A stretch of DNA of 64,000 bases from an uncultured delta proteobacterium (GCA_963696385.1 CAVOKF010000007.1:800001-864000); one strand, 5' to 3'; shown: positions 30,529 to 40,993, counted from the first letter of the stretch. Numbers and translations: made by a program. Notes: generated from the letters alone by a model not told the origin.

Positions 30529-32190
30529 GTGAATCGATCGGCAGCGGCACTAGGAGTCTCGGTGGCGACGTCGGCGCTGACCCTCGTCGGGGTACGCGAC
30601 GCGACCGCGTGCGGCGGGTGCTTTCACCCGCCCACGCAGACGGTGACCGACATCACCGACGAGCGCATGCTGCTCGCCGTGTCGACGACGCAGTCGACGC
30701 TTTACGACCAAATCGAGTACTCGGGTTCCCCTGCGTCCTTCGCTTGGGTCCTGCCGATCCATGGAACGGTGACGGTAGGCCTCAGCGCCGACGTGCTGTT
30801 CGACTCGATCGACGCCGTAACGGCAACGCAGATCACGCCGCCCCCTCAGAATTGTCCCGTTCCGGCGGGCTGCGCCGGTCTCCGCGCTGGCTTTGGAGGC
30901 CCCTCCGCCGCATTCGCAACCGCCGACGCCGCGGCGGCCGAGAGCCCTGTGACGGTGCTCAAGCAGCAAAACGTGGGGCCCTACGCAACGGTGCAGTTGC
31001 AGGCGAGCGACTCGAGTGCCCTCAACAACTGGCTGATGCAAAACGGGTTCAACATCCCCGCCGCGGTTTTGCCCGTGATCAACGCGTACATCAGCGAGGG
31101 GTTCGATTTTCTCGCGATGAAGTTGTTGCCGGGCGAGGGCGTCCAAGCGATGCGACCCGTGCGCGTCACGACGGCCGGGTCTTCACTCTCTCTGCCTCTC
31201 CGCATGGCCTCCATCGGGACGGGCACTCAGGTCGGGATCACGATTTGGGTGGTCAGCGATGGACGGTACGAACCACAGAATTTCCCGTTCTTTCATATCG
31301 ACGACAGCCAGCTCGTATGGGACTGGAGCACCAACTCGAGCAACTACACGACGCTCCGAGCGGCCGACGAGGCCGCGCTCAACTACACGGGCTGGGAAAT
31401 CGAGAGCTCGCTCGAGCTCAACGAGCAGATCATCACGAGCGTCATCCTGAGCGGCGGCCAATACTACGGCAATACCCTAGGCGGCGGAGGCCTCACAGCT
31501 CCGCCGCCCTCGGATCCGAGCATCGACTACCTGCCGGTGGGCGATCCGGACGCCGGTACCGATGGGGGCGCCGACAGCGGCGACTTCGAGTCCGCCGAAG
31601 AGGTGAGGACCGAAGATGTCAACGCGCTCTTTGCCGGATTGACCGGCCCGAGTGTGCGCGTCACGCGGATGCGAAGCGACATTGCCCACGCCGCTATGAC
31701 GACCGACTTCGTGCTCCAAGCGTCCGCGGATCAGTCGGAGCTCTCGAACATCCGCTACGTGACCCAAAGCGTCAACTTGCAATGTCCCATCTACGGCCCG
31801 ACCTGCAGCGTCGTCGGGACCGGAACAGCGGCCGAAGCCGCCGCCAGCGGACCCGATGGCGCCGCGACTTCGAACGGCTCCGTGGTGGATGCGAGCGTGG
31901 CGGCGAATGGCGGGTCGGACGACGCGAGCTCTTCGAGCGCTCAGTCCGGCGTCACGGCGGACGCGAGCGTCACGGCGGACGCGAGCGTCCCGACGAATTC
32001 GGGAGCGGGGGCGAATGGGCTGAGCGGAGGCTCGCGGGTTAAGCCAGCCGGCACCCCGGCGGCGAGCGGAGGCGGCTGCGCGGCAGCGCCGCAAGGCACA
32101 GGGTCGGCTGCAGGCCTCGGATTCGGGGCGGGCCTGATGGGACTCGTGGCAGCGCGAGTCGTGCGGCGGCGGTCGTCCAAAAAGGCGTGA
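30529..32190 (+). CDS. DUF2330-domain exported protein with MYXO-CTERM-like tail (copy 2)
   Basis: Near-identical to copy 1; GTG start after the same GGAGGGTCTC RBS. Confidence 0.85.
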   Translation: MNRSAAALGVSVATSALTLVGVRDATACGGCFHPPTQTVTDITDERMLLAVSTTQSTLYDQIEYSGSPASFAWVLPIHGTVTVGLSADVLFDSIDAVTATQITPPPQNCPVPAGCAGLRAGFGGPSAAFATADAAAAESPVTVLKQQNVGPYATVQLQASDSSALNNWLMQNGFNIPAAVLPVINAYISEGFDFLAMKLLPGEGVQAMRPVRVTTAGSSLSLPLRMASIGTGTQVGITIWVVSDGRYEPQNFPFFHIDDSQLVWDWSTNSSNYTTLRAADEAALNYTGWEIESSLELNEQIITSVILSGGQYYGNTLGGGGLTAPPPSDPSIDYLPVGDPDAGTDGGADSGDFESAEEVRTEDVNALFAGLTGPSVRVTRMRSDIAHAAMTTDFVLQASADQSELSNIRYVTQSVNLQCPIYGPTCSVVGTGTAAEAAASGPDGAATSNGSVVDASVAANGGSDDASSSSAQSGVTADASVTADASVPTNSGAGANGLSGGSRVKPAGTPAASGGGCAAAPQGTGSAAGLGFGAGLMGLVAARVVRRRSSKKA

Positions 32191-32239
32191 GGGCGACCGC
32201 GATTCCGACGATTCCGACCCGCGCCCGCGGCGGTTCGAC

Positions 32240-33790
32240 TTACTGCGGAATCGTGACGTTACTCAGGACGAAGACGTAGTCCTGGTAATCGCCGTTCGAT
32301 GCTTCTTCAACGGCGACCAGATAGCTTTGGGGGATGGCCGTGCCGGTTGCATCCGCGAGCGGAAACGTCTTGATGCGGTGCACCCCGGCGGGGGAATTCC
32401 ACTTGTCCTCGCTGTAGTCGTAGTCGCCGTTGGTTTTGGTGCCCCCCTCATTGAATTTCTGGGTGAGCTGATCCGAATAGATCCAAAGGCCAAAGGAACC
32501 GGTGCCGGGATCGAACGTCACGGTGCTGCCGGCCGCGCCGGTGCTGGTCGCGCCCATGAGCGGCGGGTAGACCATCCGCGCCAAATCCGAGGTCTGCGTG
32601 TCCGATGCGAGCTGCATCGTGCCGACGAGCGGTGCGGCGGTCGTGTTCGGCGTGGGAGCAGCGGTCCCCGGCGTGTAGTAGCCGAAGCCCAAGAATCCGT
32701 CCGGAGAGAACCGCGCCACGACGGTCATCGTCACCATCCCGCTACCGGCTTTGGCGAAAAGGTTGCCGCCCGTCGTCGTGATTTCGTTGGGAGCAGGCGG
32801 GTTGGACGTGGAGAGCATGGTGGCGACCATGGCCGTGTTCGGATTCCAGTCGGTTTGCGCCGCTCCGACGTTGACCTTGTACCCCAGCGTCGTCAGGATT
32901 TGGCCGAGCGTCGACTCATATCCGCCGACGAAGCCGGCAGCCCCGGGCGGCGGGGTGACGGCGGCTGGATTCTGAACCAGCAGGAGCCCATAGACGGTGG
33001 CCGTTGCGGGCGAACCCGAGCTCAACGTCGCCGTCAACGTGTCCGTCAGGAGGTTGGAGCCGTCGTCGTACGCATTGCCCACGTCCATGGGCTCCGCCGG
33101 CAGATTCGCGCCGGTCGTCGTCATTTGGACGGTGACGGCCAAATTGCCGCCGGGCATGATCGTCGCCGGAAGCGTGGTGGAGGTCTGAAAGAGGTTTTGG
33201 TTCGTGGCCGTCTGCACGTTGTACACGGATCCTCCCCCCGTACCGTTCGCAGCGAGCGACGAAGTGCCGCTGAACGCGAGCTTGGTCACCGTGACGGCGG
33301 TCTGCCCTCCGTTTTGCAGATTGATCGTCGATTGTGCCGGGGTGCCGCTAATGCCACGGACGCCGGTCACGACGACGTTATTGGAGGCAAAAGCCACGGC
33401 GCCGCTCGCGGCTCCCCCCGTGCTCGCGCTGCTGCTCGACGATCCGCTGCCGGTGCTGCTGGCTGCGGAGGAGCCGCTACCGGTGCCGGTGCCGGTGCCG
33501 GTCCCGATGCTCGAGCTGCTGCTCGCCGCGCTACTGGTGGTGCTGCTCGAGCCGGTGTTCGAGCCGGCCGAAGAAGCGCCGCTGCTGCCCGTGCTCGAGG
33601 AAAGGCCACCGGTGCTCGCCGCCGTACTGCCCGCGCCACTCGTACCGGTGTCGGATCCGGTTCCCGTGCCGGTCGATGGTGTTTCGGTTGAGCCGGGGCC
33701 CCCCGACCCGCTGCAACTCCAGACGCAAGCGCCCGCAAGCACGACCAGCATGCCTGCCTGGGATCGTGCCCGACCAATGTGCCTCTTCAT
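32240..33790 (-). CDS. Ser/Thr/Gly-rich lipoprotein with Ig-like domain and DUF4114-like C-terminus
   Basis: Lipobox-like VWSC; long S/T/G linker; C-terminal VAVEE...GDYQDYVFVL. Confidence 0.65.
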   Translation of the reverse strand: MKRHIGRARSQAGMLVVLAGACVWSCSGSGGPGSTETPSTGTGTGSDTGTSGAGSTAASTGGLSSSTGSSGASSAGSNTGSSSTTSSAASSSSSIGTGTGTGTGSGSSAASSTGSGSSSSSASTGGAASGAVAFASNNVVVTGVRGISGTPAQSTINLQNGGQTAVTVTKLAFSGTSSLAANGTGGGSVYNVQTATNQNLFQTSTTLPATIMPGGNLAVTVQMTTTGANLPAEPMDVGNAYDDGSNLLTDTLTATLSSGSPATATVYGLLLVQNPAAVTPPPGAAGFVGGYESTLGQILTTLGYKVNVGAAQTDWNPNTAMVATMLSTSNPPAPNEITTTGGNLFAKAGSGMVTMTVVARFSPDGFLGFGYYTPGTAAPTPNTTAAPLVGTMQLASDTQTSDLARMVYPPLMGATSTGAAGSTVTFDPGTGSFGLWIYSDQLTQKFNEGGTKTNGDYDYSEDKWNSPAGVHRIKTFPLADATGTAIPQSYLVAVEEASNGDYQDYVFVLSNVTIPQ

Positions 33791-33961
33791 GGGATTCTCC
33801 GTCTCGCTTTCGTGGGTACCGACCGTAGCTTGCGTCTCAGACCTGCCGCGGCGCAAGAGCCCGTGTCAACTCATTTTGATGAGCAGGGGAGACCCTCTGC
33901 CGCGGGCTCCTTCTCGTCGTTGCCGCCGAGTCCCCGCCCTGCTCCGGCTGTGCTGCACTCG

Positions 33962-34816
33962 TCACAACGGAAGGGTGATTCGTCCGGGAGCGCCGTTCGC
34001 GCCCGTTTGCGTGTGGCAGGTGTTGCAGCTCCCGCTTGTTTGAGGGGTGAGCATGGATCTTTCCTTGCCGTTGGCCACTACTTTCGCCGTGAACGGAGGC
34101 GTAAATGTCATCTCGGTGAAGAAATTGCCAACCGCGTTGGGGTAGAGAATATGGGCCGTGCCGCTGGCATCGGTAACGACGACCGTGACGCTCGACGTCA
34201 GGCCATCCACGCCATCGCAATCGGTGGGCTCGTGACCGGTGGGGTACAGCGTCCCGGCCAGGTTGAACGAGCTATGGCACGTCGGGCAGGCTTCGCCCGG
34301 CCGCATGTTCTGGTCCTCGCCGCTCGTCCAGGTCACCTTGCTCGTGCACTGGGCGGGTGCGTTGAGCGGATCGTTTGCGGCCTCGGCGTCGGTGTCGCCC
34401 GTTGCGGCGTCGGTTGAGCCCGCGCCAGCGTCGAGTCCCCCGCTGTCCTGCGGGCCGCCTCCCACTTCGAGACCGGCGTCGGCGTGGGTCACGCCGTGGC
34501 CGCTGTCGACAGGACCGCCCGCGCGAGAGCCGCTGTCTTGCGAATCTTGGGGAGCCGCGCCTGCGTCCCGCCCAGCGGTGGCGGCCCCAGAGTCGGTCGG
34601 TCCGGATGCATCCGGGGTCGGGGTATTGGCGGGCCCACCGCCGTCGGCGCCCAGATCGGGCACGAACACGTTGTTGGAGGGGGCGACGCACGCGCTCGCG
34701 ACGATGACGTACATCCACGGGCCGACGGCACGCGCCAGCAGGTGGCGTGCGGCCCCCGACCGCGGCCACCGGCGAAGGGGACGGCCGATCAGGGGTGGAT
34801 CCAACGATGGGAGCAT
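33962..34816 (-). CDS. Diheme c-type cytochrome lipoprotein (paralogue of 21668-22510); start uncertain
   Basis: ASAC lipobox; MRPGEACPTCH, NAVGNF, CNTCH, GANGAPGRITLP. Confidence 0.78.
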   Translation of the reverse strand: MLPSLDPPLIGRPLRRWPRSGAARHLLARAVGPWMYVIVASACVAPSNNVFVPDLGADGGGPANTPTPDASGPTDSGAATAGRDAGAAPQDSQDSGSRAGGPVDSGHGVTHADAGLEVGGGPQDSGGLDAGAGSTDAATGDTDAEAANDPLNAPAQCTSKVTWTSGEDQNMRPGEACPTCHSSFNLAGTLYPTGHEPTDCDGVDGLTSSVTVVVTDASGTAHILYPNAVGNFFTEMTFTPPFTAKVVANGKERSMLTPQTSGSCNTCHTQTGANGAPGRITLPL

Positions 34817-34841
34817 GAACGCCAAAGTCTGCGCGATTTTG

Positions 34842-35789
34842 CTATCGCACGCACCGGGTCCACGCCGGCGTCGCCACCGCGCTTGCCGCTTCGCTTCCAT
34901 GGATGAAGCTCACCCCCCAGGCCGTGCCGGGGGGCAGCAGGCTCGGGGAAGAAGACCAAAAAAATTCGCTGGGGGTGTTTGGGAACGCGGAGCGATCGAG
35001 CGCGGGTTCGGTCTTCGTAAAGTCGACCAGCGTCAGGAGCTCGCCGACGCTCGGAAGCCGCCAGCCGGTTCCGTGGCGCCTGAGCTCCGAGCAGTGGTCC
35101 TTCGCCTCTTGCCAGGGGTAGCGCGTCGGGTCGACTTCGCGTTGCCAGGTCAGTCCCGTAAAGTCGTCGTGCACCAGGTCGCCGGCCACCGAATATGGGC
35201 TTACGTCGAGGTCCGTGCACGACGTGTGGCCGCGCACGCACCGAACACGCTGCCGATCGTGCGCGTCGTTGCCGCCGTAGGCGCCGCCGTTCTGGAAGAG
35301 GACGTACCAGGCAAGACCGGTGTTGCCGACGCCGGTGTTCGCCTGCGACGACCAAAACGATGCCGGCGGCGTATCCGGGAAAGCCACGGGATCGGCGGCG
35401 GGATTCGCACGCGAGAGGTCGGCAATCGACGCCAGTTCGATGAGCGCCGGCAGGCGCCAGTCGTGGTGCCCGGCGAGAATCAACGCCTCGCAGTACGCGG
35501 TTGCGGCGACCACGCCGTAATCGTCCGGGTCCACGACGCGCTGCCACCAAAGCCCCGTCACGCGGTCCCGCACCACTTCCGGGTCGGCCGCGTCGTAGCT
35601 CTGGGGGTTGGGCAAGCCGGATGTGGGGGTGTTGGGCATGGGCCAGCCGGCGTGGCACTTGGCGCCCAGCACGGATGCAGGCACCGAAGAGGCGGCCGGC
35701 GGCTGCCGAGAGTCCTTATGGCAGCCGGCGACGACGCACAATCCCCAGAGGCCCGCGAGGATGCAGCGCCCCGCAATCAGCGCACGCAT
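34842..35789 (-). CDS. Tandem DUF1566 (Lcl C-terminal, CLec-like) lipoprotein
   Basis: VAGC lipobox; two copies of D..TGL.WQ / WRLP...EL / RCVR. Confidence 0.85.
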   Translation of the reverse strand: MRALIAGRCILAGLWGLCVVAGCHKDSRQPPAASSVPASVLGAKCHAGWPMPNTPTSGLPNPQSYDAADPEVVRDRVTGLWWQRVVDPDDYGVVAATAYCEALILAGHHDWRLPALIELASIADLSRANPAADPVAFPDTPPASFWSSQANTGVGNTGLAWYVLFQNGGAYGGNDAHDRQRVRCVRGHTSCTDLDVSPYSVAGDLVHDDFTGLTWQREVDPTRYPWQEAKDHCSELRRHGTGWRLPSVGELLTLVDFTKTEPALDRSAFPNTPSEFFWSSSPSLLPPGTAWGVSFIHGSEAASAVATPAWTRCVR

Positions 35790-36790
35790 CGAACGCGAGA
35801 GACCGCCTTGAACAGCCCGTAGAGCGCACTGCCCTTGTTGAAGTACACGTACCAGGCCTCTTTGGAGGCGTTGCCGAAGCGCGACGACGTCCAAAACGGC
35901 TCGCCCGGTGTCCCCGGGAACGCGGTCGAATCGATGGTTGGGTTCGACGCCCGCTCGTCGACGAGGGTCACGAGCTCGGGCATGCTGGGGACGCGCCAGT
36001 CGTCGTGCCCTTCGAGCTTCAAGCGGGCGCAATAGTGCTGCGCGCCGACGAAGTCGAACGTGCCCGGGTCCACCATCCGCTGCCACGTGAGGCCGGTACC
36101 TAGGTCACGCACGGACGTGGGGTGCACCTCATAGTGGGGCTCCCGGGTCGGTGCGACGGCGGGTGGGACGGCCGTTCGGACGCAGCGCGTCTTGAACAGA
36201 TTGCTCCGCAGGTCGGTCTTCGGGTACCCGAAGTAGAAGTACACATACCAGGCCGAGCCCGGATCGTCCGCGGCCGGCGACGACGTCCAGAACCAGTCGC
36301 TCGGAGTCATCGGGAAAGCGGCCGAGCTGATGGAAGGCTGCGTGACCGAGACGTCGAGGATCGAGACCAACTCGACCCGCGAGGGCACGCGCCAGTCCCT
36401 GTGACCGGCCAGGTTCAAGCGACTGCACTTGTCGGCGGCGTCTTCGAACGTGCCATTGGCCGGGTCGACAATCTGCTGCCACATGAGCCCGGTGACGCGA
36501 TCCAAGACGGTTCCCGGGACACTCGTGTCGTAGCTCTGGGCATTCGGAAGGCCGGATACCGGCGTGTTCGGCATCGGCCAGCTGGCCCAGGAGGGCCCCG
36601 GTGGCGCGTTGACGTGCCGACCCGCATCGGCCACAGACCGACGCCCGGACGCAACGGGCTGAGGTTCCGAAATGGCGGACGCCGCCCCCGGCCCGTGGCC
36701 AGAAGGGGCGGCGTTTCGGGACTCAGCCTTGCTCGATCGGCACCCACCGATCGCCAGGCTTATCAGTGCGATCCACGCGGTCCGCGTCAC
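35777..36790 (-). CDS. Tandem DUF1566 lipoprotein
   Basis: IGGC lipobox; DRVTGLMWQ, DWRVPSRVEL, RCVR twice. Confidence 0.85.
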   Translation of the reverse strand: MTRTAWIALISLAIGGCRSSKAESRNAAPSGHGPGAASAISEPQPVASGRRSVADAGRHVNAPPGPSWASWPMPNTPVSGLPNAQSYDTSVPGTVLDRVTGLMWQQIVDPANGTFEDAADKCSRLNLAGHRDWRVPSRVELVSILDVSVTQPSISSAAFPMTPSDWFWTSSPAADDPGSAWYVYFYFGYPKTDLRSNLFKTRCVRTAVPPAVAPTREPHYEVHPTSVRDLGTGLTWQRMVDPGTFDFVGAQHYCARLKLEGHDDWRVPSMPELVTLVDERASNPTIDSTAFPGTPGEPFWTSSRFGNASKEAWYVYFNKGSALYGLFKAVSRVRCVR

Positions 36791-36827
36791 GATGCTCGTT
36801 CCGACCGTACACCAGCCGGATGAATCG

Positions 36828-38675
36828 CTACAGCGTTTCTCCCACCGAGGGAGTGCGATACAAGAAGGCCTCGGACGTCAGGAGGCTCGTCAGCATGTTG
36901 CGAATGGAGAACCCGGGTGTAGCCGTCCCCGCGCGGTAGGCGATTTGCAAAGATCCGAGCTCGGCCGTCGTTTCCAGTCGGCCAATCCCGTAGCGCAGCC
37001 AGTTGCGGGTGGTGCTCCACTCGACTTCGTCGTTCGTGGACAGTTGCGTCACGAGGTCGATAGCATTCTGGAAGGTGATGAGCGTGCCTCCAGGGGTGTA
37101 GAAGGAGCCGCTCGAATCGACGGGAGACCCGTTGTCGGTCGTCCGGTACGCGCCGATTGCGTCGTAGTTCTCGAACGCGAAGCCGGGCGGATCGAAGAGG
37201 TTGTGGCAACCGTTGGCGCACATATTCTGGGCGTGCGTCGCAAACGTCTGCCGCGTCGTTTGACCCGCGGCAACCGTGGTCGGAAGCGACGGGACGTTCG
37301 CGGGCGGGTTGCCCACCTGACCGGAAAGGAGTCGCGTATAGATGCACAGGCCGCGACGAACCGGGTTGTCCTGGTTCGTGTCCGCCTGCGATTCGAGGAA
37401 GGCCTGCTGCGTGAAAATACCCGCCCGCTGCGTAGCGGGGAGCTGGACCTGGCTAAAGCCGGTGCCCGGAACCGTCACGCCGTAGATCGCGGCGAGAGCG
37501 GGGTTTGCGTAGGTGTAGGTGGCGGTCATCAGGGTCTTCAGCGTCCCGTCGCCCGTCGGCGAGTAGACGGACGACAAGAAATCCGTGAACTCGGTCTGAA
37601 GCGATTGCGCCACGGTGGTCGTGAAGAGCGTAGACGAATGGATCGACTGCCCGAGATCCGTCTCGTTGCCGGCAGGGTCCAGCAGCCACTGCAAGTGAAA
37701 ATCGTAAAGGGCCTGCGCGAACTTCGGATCGGCGTACATGCGCGTCGCCTGGGCGGAAACCTGAGCCGGCGTGCTCAGTTCATTGTTTTGCGCCGCGGTG
37801 AGCAGCGTCTGGTCCGGCATGTCGTTCCAAAGCTCAAGCGACAAGCGAGACGCGACTTGCCAGGGCGTCAGCGGAGCCAAGCCGTTCGTGCCGACCGTGG
37901 GCTCCGTGGGCCCGATCTCCCAGTGATAGATGAAGTTCGGCGACTGGAGCATGGCCTGTGCCACGTAGCCAATCGAATTGGTGAAGGAGAAGCCAAGGCT
38001 GGTTGCCTTGTTGAAGACCGTCAAGAGATCGGTCTGCTCGGCCGTAGCGACCGGCCGCCGATAGGCGAGCAAGCCGAAGCTCGTGATGAACTGCGTGGCG
38101 CAGGTCGTCTGGGCGGCTCCCGCCGCCGTCGTGTCGGTGCAGCCCGCCGGAAGTTGCAGCTGGTTGCCGGCGGCCGTGGGGTTCGCAAGGGCGGTCGCCA
38201 CGAGCGTCTGCGCCGTTTGGTAGTAGAGCTGGACGTTCAGGTCGGCGACGCTGTCGGGCACCGCGCCGAGGACGATCCCGTCCGACGGAAAGAGCAGCGC
38301 GGGCTGTGTCGTGTCGCCCAGCAGATGCGACATGATGTTGTCGTATTCGGAGTTCACCATACGGCGCATCAGGAGCGTGCCCGAGCTTTCGGGCGTCAGT
38401 GTCGCGCCGGCCGCCGGCGGAAGGGCATCGGCCTCGCTGGCGGGGATGTTCTCGCTGGAGCCGGAGGCGGTTGCGCCATTGGCCGCGGAGCCGGGTCCGG
38501 TACTGCCCGGGGTGGTGTTCCCGCCGCTCCCGGTCGGGTTGTTAACGCTGCCAGTCCCGGCGGACCCGCCGCCCCCATTGCCACCACCAATCGAGCCTTC
38601 GCAAGCGGCGAACCCAGCCACGGCGACGAGGGCGCCGAGCACCAAGGACGACTGCAACACACGGATGGATTTCAT
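36828..38675 (-). CDS. DUF1592/DUF1595/DUF1588-domain (PSD/PSCyt) lipoprotein
   Basis: RRMVNSEYDN, AYRRP, LQSPNFIY, ASRLS..LW..PD, PVRRG, CANGCH..DPPGFAFENYDAIG. Confidence 0.88.
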   Translation of the reverse strand: MKSIRVLQSSLVLGALVAVAGFAACEGSIGGGNGGGGSAGTGSVNNPTGSGGNTTPGSTGPGSAANGATASGSSENIPASEADALPPAAGATLTPESSGTLLMRRMVNSEYDNIMSHLLGDTTQPALLFPSDGIVLGAVPDSVADLNVQLYYQTAQTLVATALANPTAAGNQLQLPAGCTDTTAAGAAQTTCATQFITSFGLLAYRRPVATAEQTDLLTVFNKATSLGFSFTNSIGYVAQAMLQSPNFIYHWEIGPTEPTVGTNGLAPLTPWQVASRLSLELWNDMPDQTLLTAAQNNELSTPAQVSAQATRMYADPKFAQALYDFHLQWLLDPAGNETDLGQSIHSSTLFTTTVAQSLQTEFTDFLSSVYSPTGDGTLKTLMTATYTYANPALAAIYGVTVPGTGFSQVQLPATQRAGIFTQQAFLESQADTNQDNPVRRGLCIYTRLLSGQVGNPPANVPSLPTTVAAGQTTRQTFATHAQNMCANGCHNLFDPPGFAFENYDAIGAYRTTDNGSPVDSSGSFYTPGGTLITFQNAIDLVTQLSTNDEVEWSTTRNWLRYGIGRLETTAELGSLQIAYRAGTATPGFSIRNMLTSLLTSEAFLYRTPSVGETL

Positions 38676-38706
38676 TGATGCCTCCGGTCAATTCTCGCTG
38701 CAGCAA

Positions 38707-40257
38707 TCATGTCGCAACCAGCTGAGTAATGGGTCCACCCGTACAGTACGCCGCCGTCCCAAAGGTCGTCGTCGGATACCCGAATCCGTTGAGGATCGTC
38801 AGGAGGAGGCTGTTGTTGTTCGTGGTGGTCAGGGCAAGGCTCTGGCCGGTCTGGAAGTAGCCGCCCAGGCTACCGGCCATCACGACGGGGACCTGCGTCG
38901 TTTCGTGCGTACCCGTCCTCATGTTGTTCATGGCGAGAAACAGGCTGCTGTCGAGGATCGACTTGCCGGTCGTATCCGTGATGCTGTTCAGCTGGTTGAT
39001 CTGATAGGCCAGCATCTGTTGGAACCAGGTGTCGTCGGCCTTCTTGTCCGCAGAATTTTGGTGGGCTTGCGAGTGGTAGCCGTTGACGTCGCCGGTGTTG
39101 GCGTCCGCCGGATTCGGGCCGCCCGAGACGTAGCCGAGCCAGGTCAAAATCAGGTTCGAGTCGCCCTGATCGCCGCACTGCAAGACAATCACCCGGGTGA
39201 TGTCGGCGGCGAAGGCCGCAGCCGACAAGTCGAACTGCATCTTGAGAAGCGTAGGAATGTTGGCTGTGTTCGTGATGACCAGCTGAGTGGCAGCGTTGGC
39301 GGCCGTCGCGGCCGCACCGGGCGCCGTGCACGCCTCGGAGGTGCTGGTTGTCGCCACGACACCGGCATCGCCAAGCCCTCCGCCGCCGCCGGTCATGCCA
39401 GAGAGCGTGGTTTCCATGTCTCGAACCGATTGCATATGGTTCGCGATCCGCTGCGCGTCGGCGGTGCCGACGATCTTGGAGAAGCGCGTCAGATCGGCCA
39501 ACACGTAGTCGAGAACGCTCGTGCCCATGATTTGGCTCGCGTTCGAACTCAATCCGGACGAAGACGCGGACGAGGAGGCTGCGGAGGTCATGGCGGCCAC
39601 CGGCGTGGTCGTCGTCGGAAGCTTCCCGTTGAAGTAGGTGGTAAAGACGTTGTAGGGATTCGCGTTCGGAATCACCGCTTGCGCGGACCCCTTCCAGGAG
39701 AGCCGGCCGGTGCTGTGGACGAAGACACCGAGGCTCAAGCTCGGAGTCCCGGTGTACCCGGCCGCGACCATCTGGTTCGCGATGTACTGGTCGATCGAGA
39801 TGGCGCCGGCCTGGTCCGCGTCCGTGTTCGTGAGGTCCTCGTAGTTGGCCCCCGTGAGCATCCCGGGAAAGCACGCGTGACCGTTGGTCTCGCCGCCGTT
39901 GGGGTTCGGCTGCTTGGTAATGAAGTCGTAGTTGAGGCCGTGGAGAAGCATCAGCTTCTCCTGAATGGACGGCGTACCGAGGCAGACGGCGGGCATTCCC
40001 GGCAGGAGCGACTGACCCGTGGGGACGACGTTCTGGAAGTCCGCGACTGTCCAAGACGACGGCGTCGTGCCGGCGGTGGCCCACGTCGAGACGTCGCTCA
40101 GCATCCCGTTCGCCCAGCCGAAGACCATGAGCCGCTTGAGGCCGCTTACGTAGCAAGCAGCGTCGACGGGGTCGGCCTCGAGCATCGGGATGAGCGCGGC
40201 TCCGGCGCCAAGGGATTTGAGCAGATTGCGACGCGAGAATCGCATGTCACGTTTCAT
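38707..40257 (-). CDS. DUF1552 (HXXSHH-type) Tat-exported protein
   Basis: SRRNLLK Tat motif, SIDQYIA, SVLD, AFAADITRV, YHSQAH, GSLGGYF. Confidence 0.88.
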   Translation of the reverse strand: MKRDMRFSRRNLLKSLGAGAALIPMLEADPVDAACYVSGLKRLMVFGWANGMLSDVSTWATAGTTPSSWTVADFQNVVPTGQSLLPGMPAVCLGTPSIQEKLMLLHGLNYDFITKQPNPNGGETNGHACFPGMLTGANYEDLTNTDADQAGAISIDQYIANQMVAAGYTGTPSLSLGVFVHSTGRLSWKGSAQAVIPNANPYNVFTTYFNGKLPTTTTPVAAMTSAASSSASSSGLSSNASQIMGTSVLDYVLADLTRFSKIVGTADAQRIANHMQSVRDMETTLSGMTGGGGGLGDAGVVATTSTSEACTAPGAAATAANAATQLVITNTANIPTLLKMQFDLSAAAFAADITRVIVLQCGDQGDSNLILTWLGYVSGGPNPADANTGDVNGYHSQAHQNSADKKADDTWFQQMLAYQINQLNSITDTTGKSILDSSLFLAMNNMRTGTHETTQVPVVMAGSLGGYFQTGQSLALTTTNNNSLLLTILNGFGYPTTTFGTAAYCTGGPITQLVAT

Positions 40258-40993
40258 CACGGGGCACCTCCGACATTTGAGTGGCGGCACGGCGCGTGCG
40301 CTGCGACCGGCCAAAGTGGGTTGAAATGCGGTCTTGCTACGTTCGGCCGAGTCGGCTTCGCGCGTTCGATAAACGATGGGAGGGCTTCGGACGTCGACCT
40401 GGCGCGCCCCCTCGATGTTCGGCCGATAGAACCGGCAATTTCTGTTGTGTGTTGCATTTTCTGCTGACGGCTGATATCTAGAAGCTTTGCGTAGGGCGAT
40501 GGTCCGCCGGTATCGTAATTAGGGGCGACGCAGGTCGGCATCTTTAAGAAAAACGGGGATTCGGGATTCGTCGGTCGGCGCGCCCCGCCGAGCGATGGCC
40601 GAGTCCTGCTGGTGGCGTCCTCGCGTGGATGCGACCGTCTGGAACGGTAACGCGTCGTGCCCTCCGTGCGCAAGGGACTCCGGAGGGCGGCTCCTCGCGC
40701 GCGGCGGCGAGTGAAGCGAGTCAAGCTAGTCATCGGTCGAAGGGCGACGGCCTTGCCGCTCTTGGATACTGTGATGCGGCAGGGCGGACTTCGTCACCGG
40801 GCCGCGAAGAATGGTGGCACGTGAACCGACACGTTGCCTTCATGAGCAAAAATTTGCCGTATGCGTGGAAATGGGACGGTGCCAAGCGGGGGGGCTTGGG
40901 CGCGCCACGCGCCTAACGACTGGGAGACCAGACCGGAGAATACCGACGAGGGATCGCAGCGCTGCATCTCGCGCCGATGCGGATTGCCCGACG

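Larger units (their letters stand above)
28846..32190 (+). repeat. About 1.67-kb direct tandem duplication
   Basis: Both units begin gcatcgtggagggtctc and end cgtccaaaaaggcgtga. Confidence 0.95.

Noticed and set aside
36672..40467. Long plus-strand ORFs (668 and 718 aa)
   Set aside because: Antisense to the DUF1592 and DUF1552 genes; typical high-GC shadows.
40260..40990. Possible ncRNA, riboswitch or small gene in a long intergenic gap
   Set aside because: No recognisable consensus or convincing ORF by eye.
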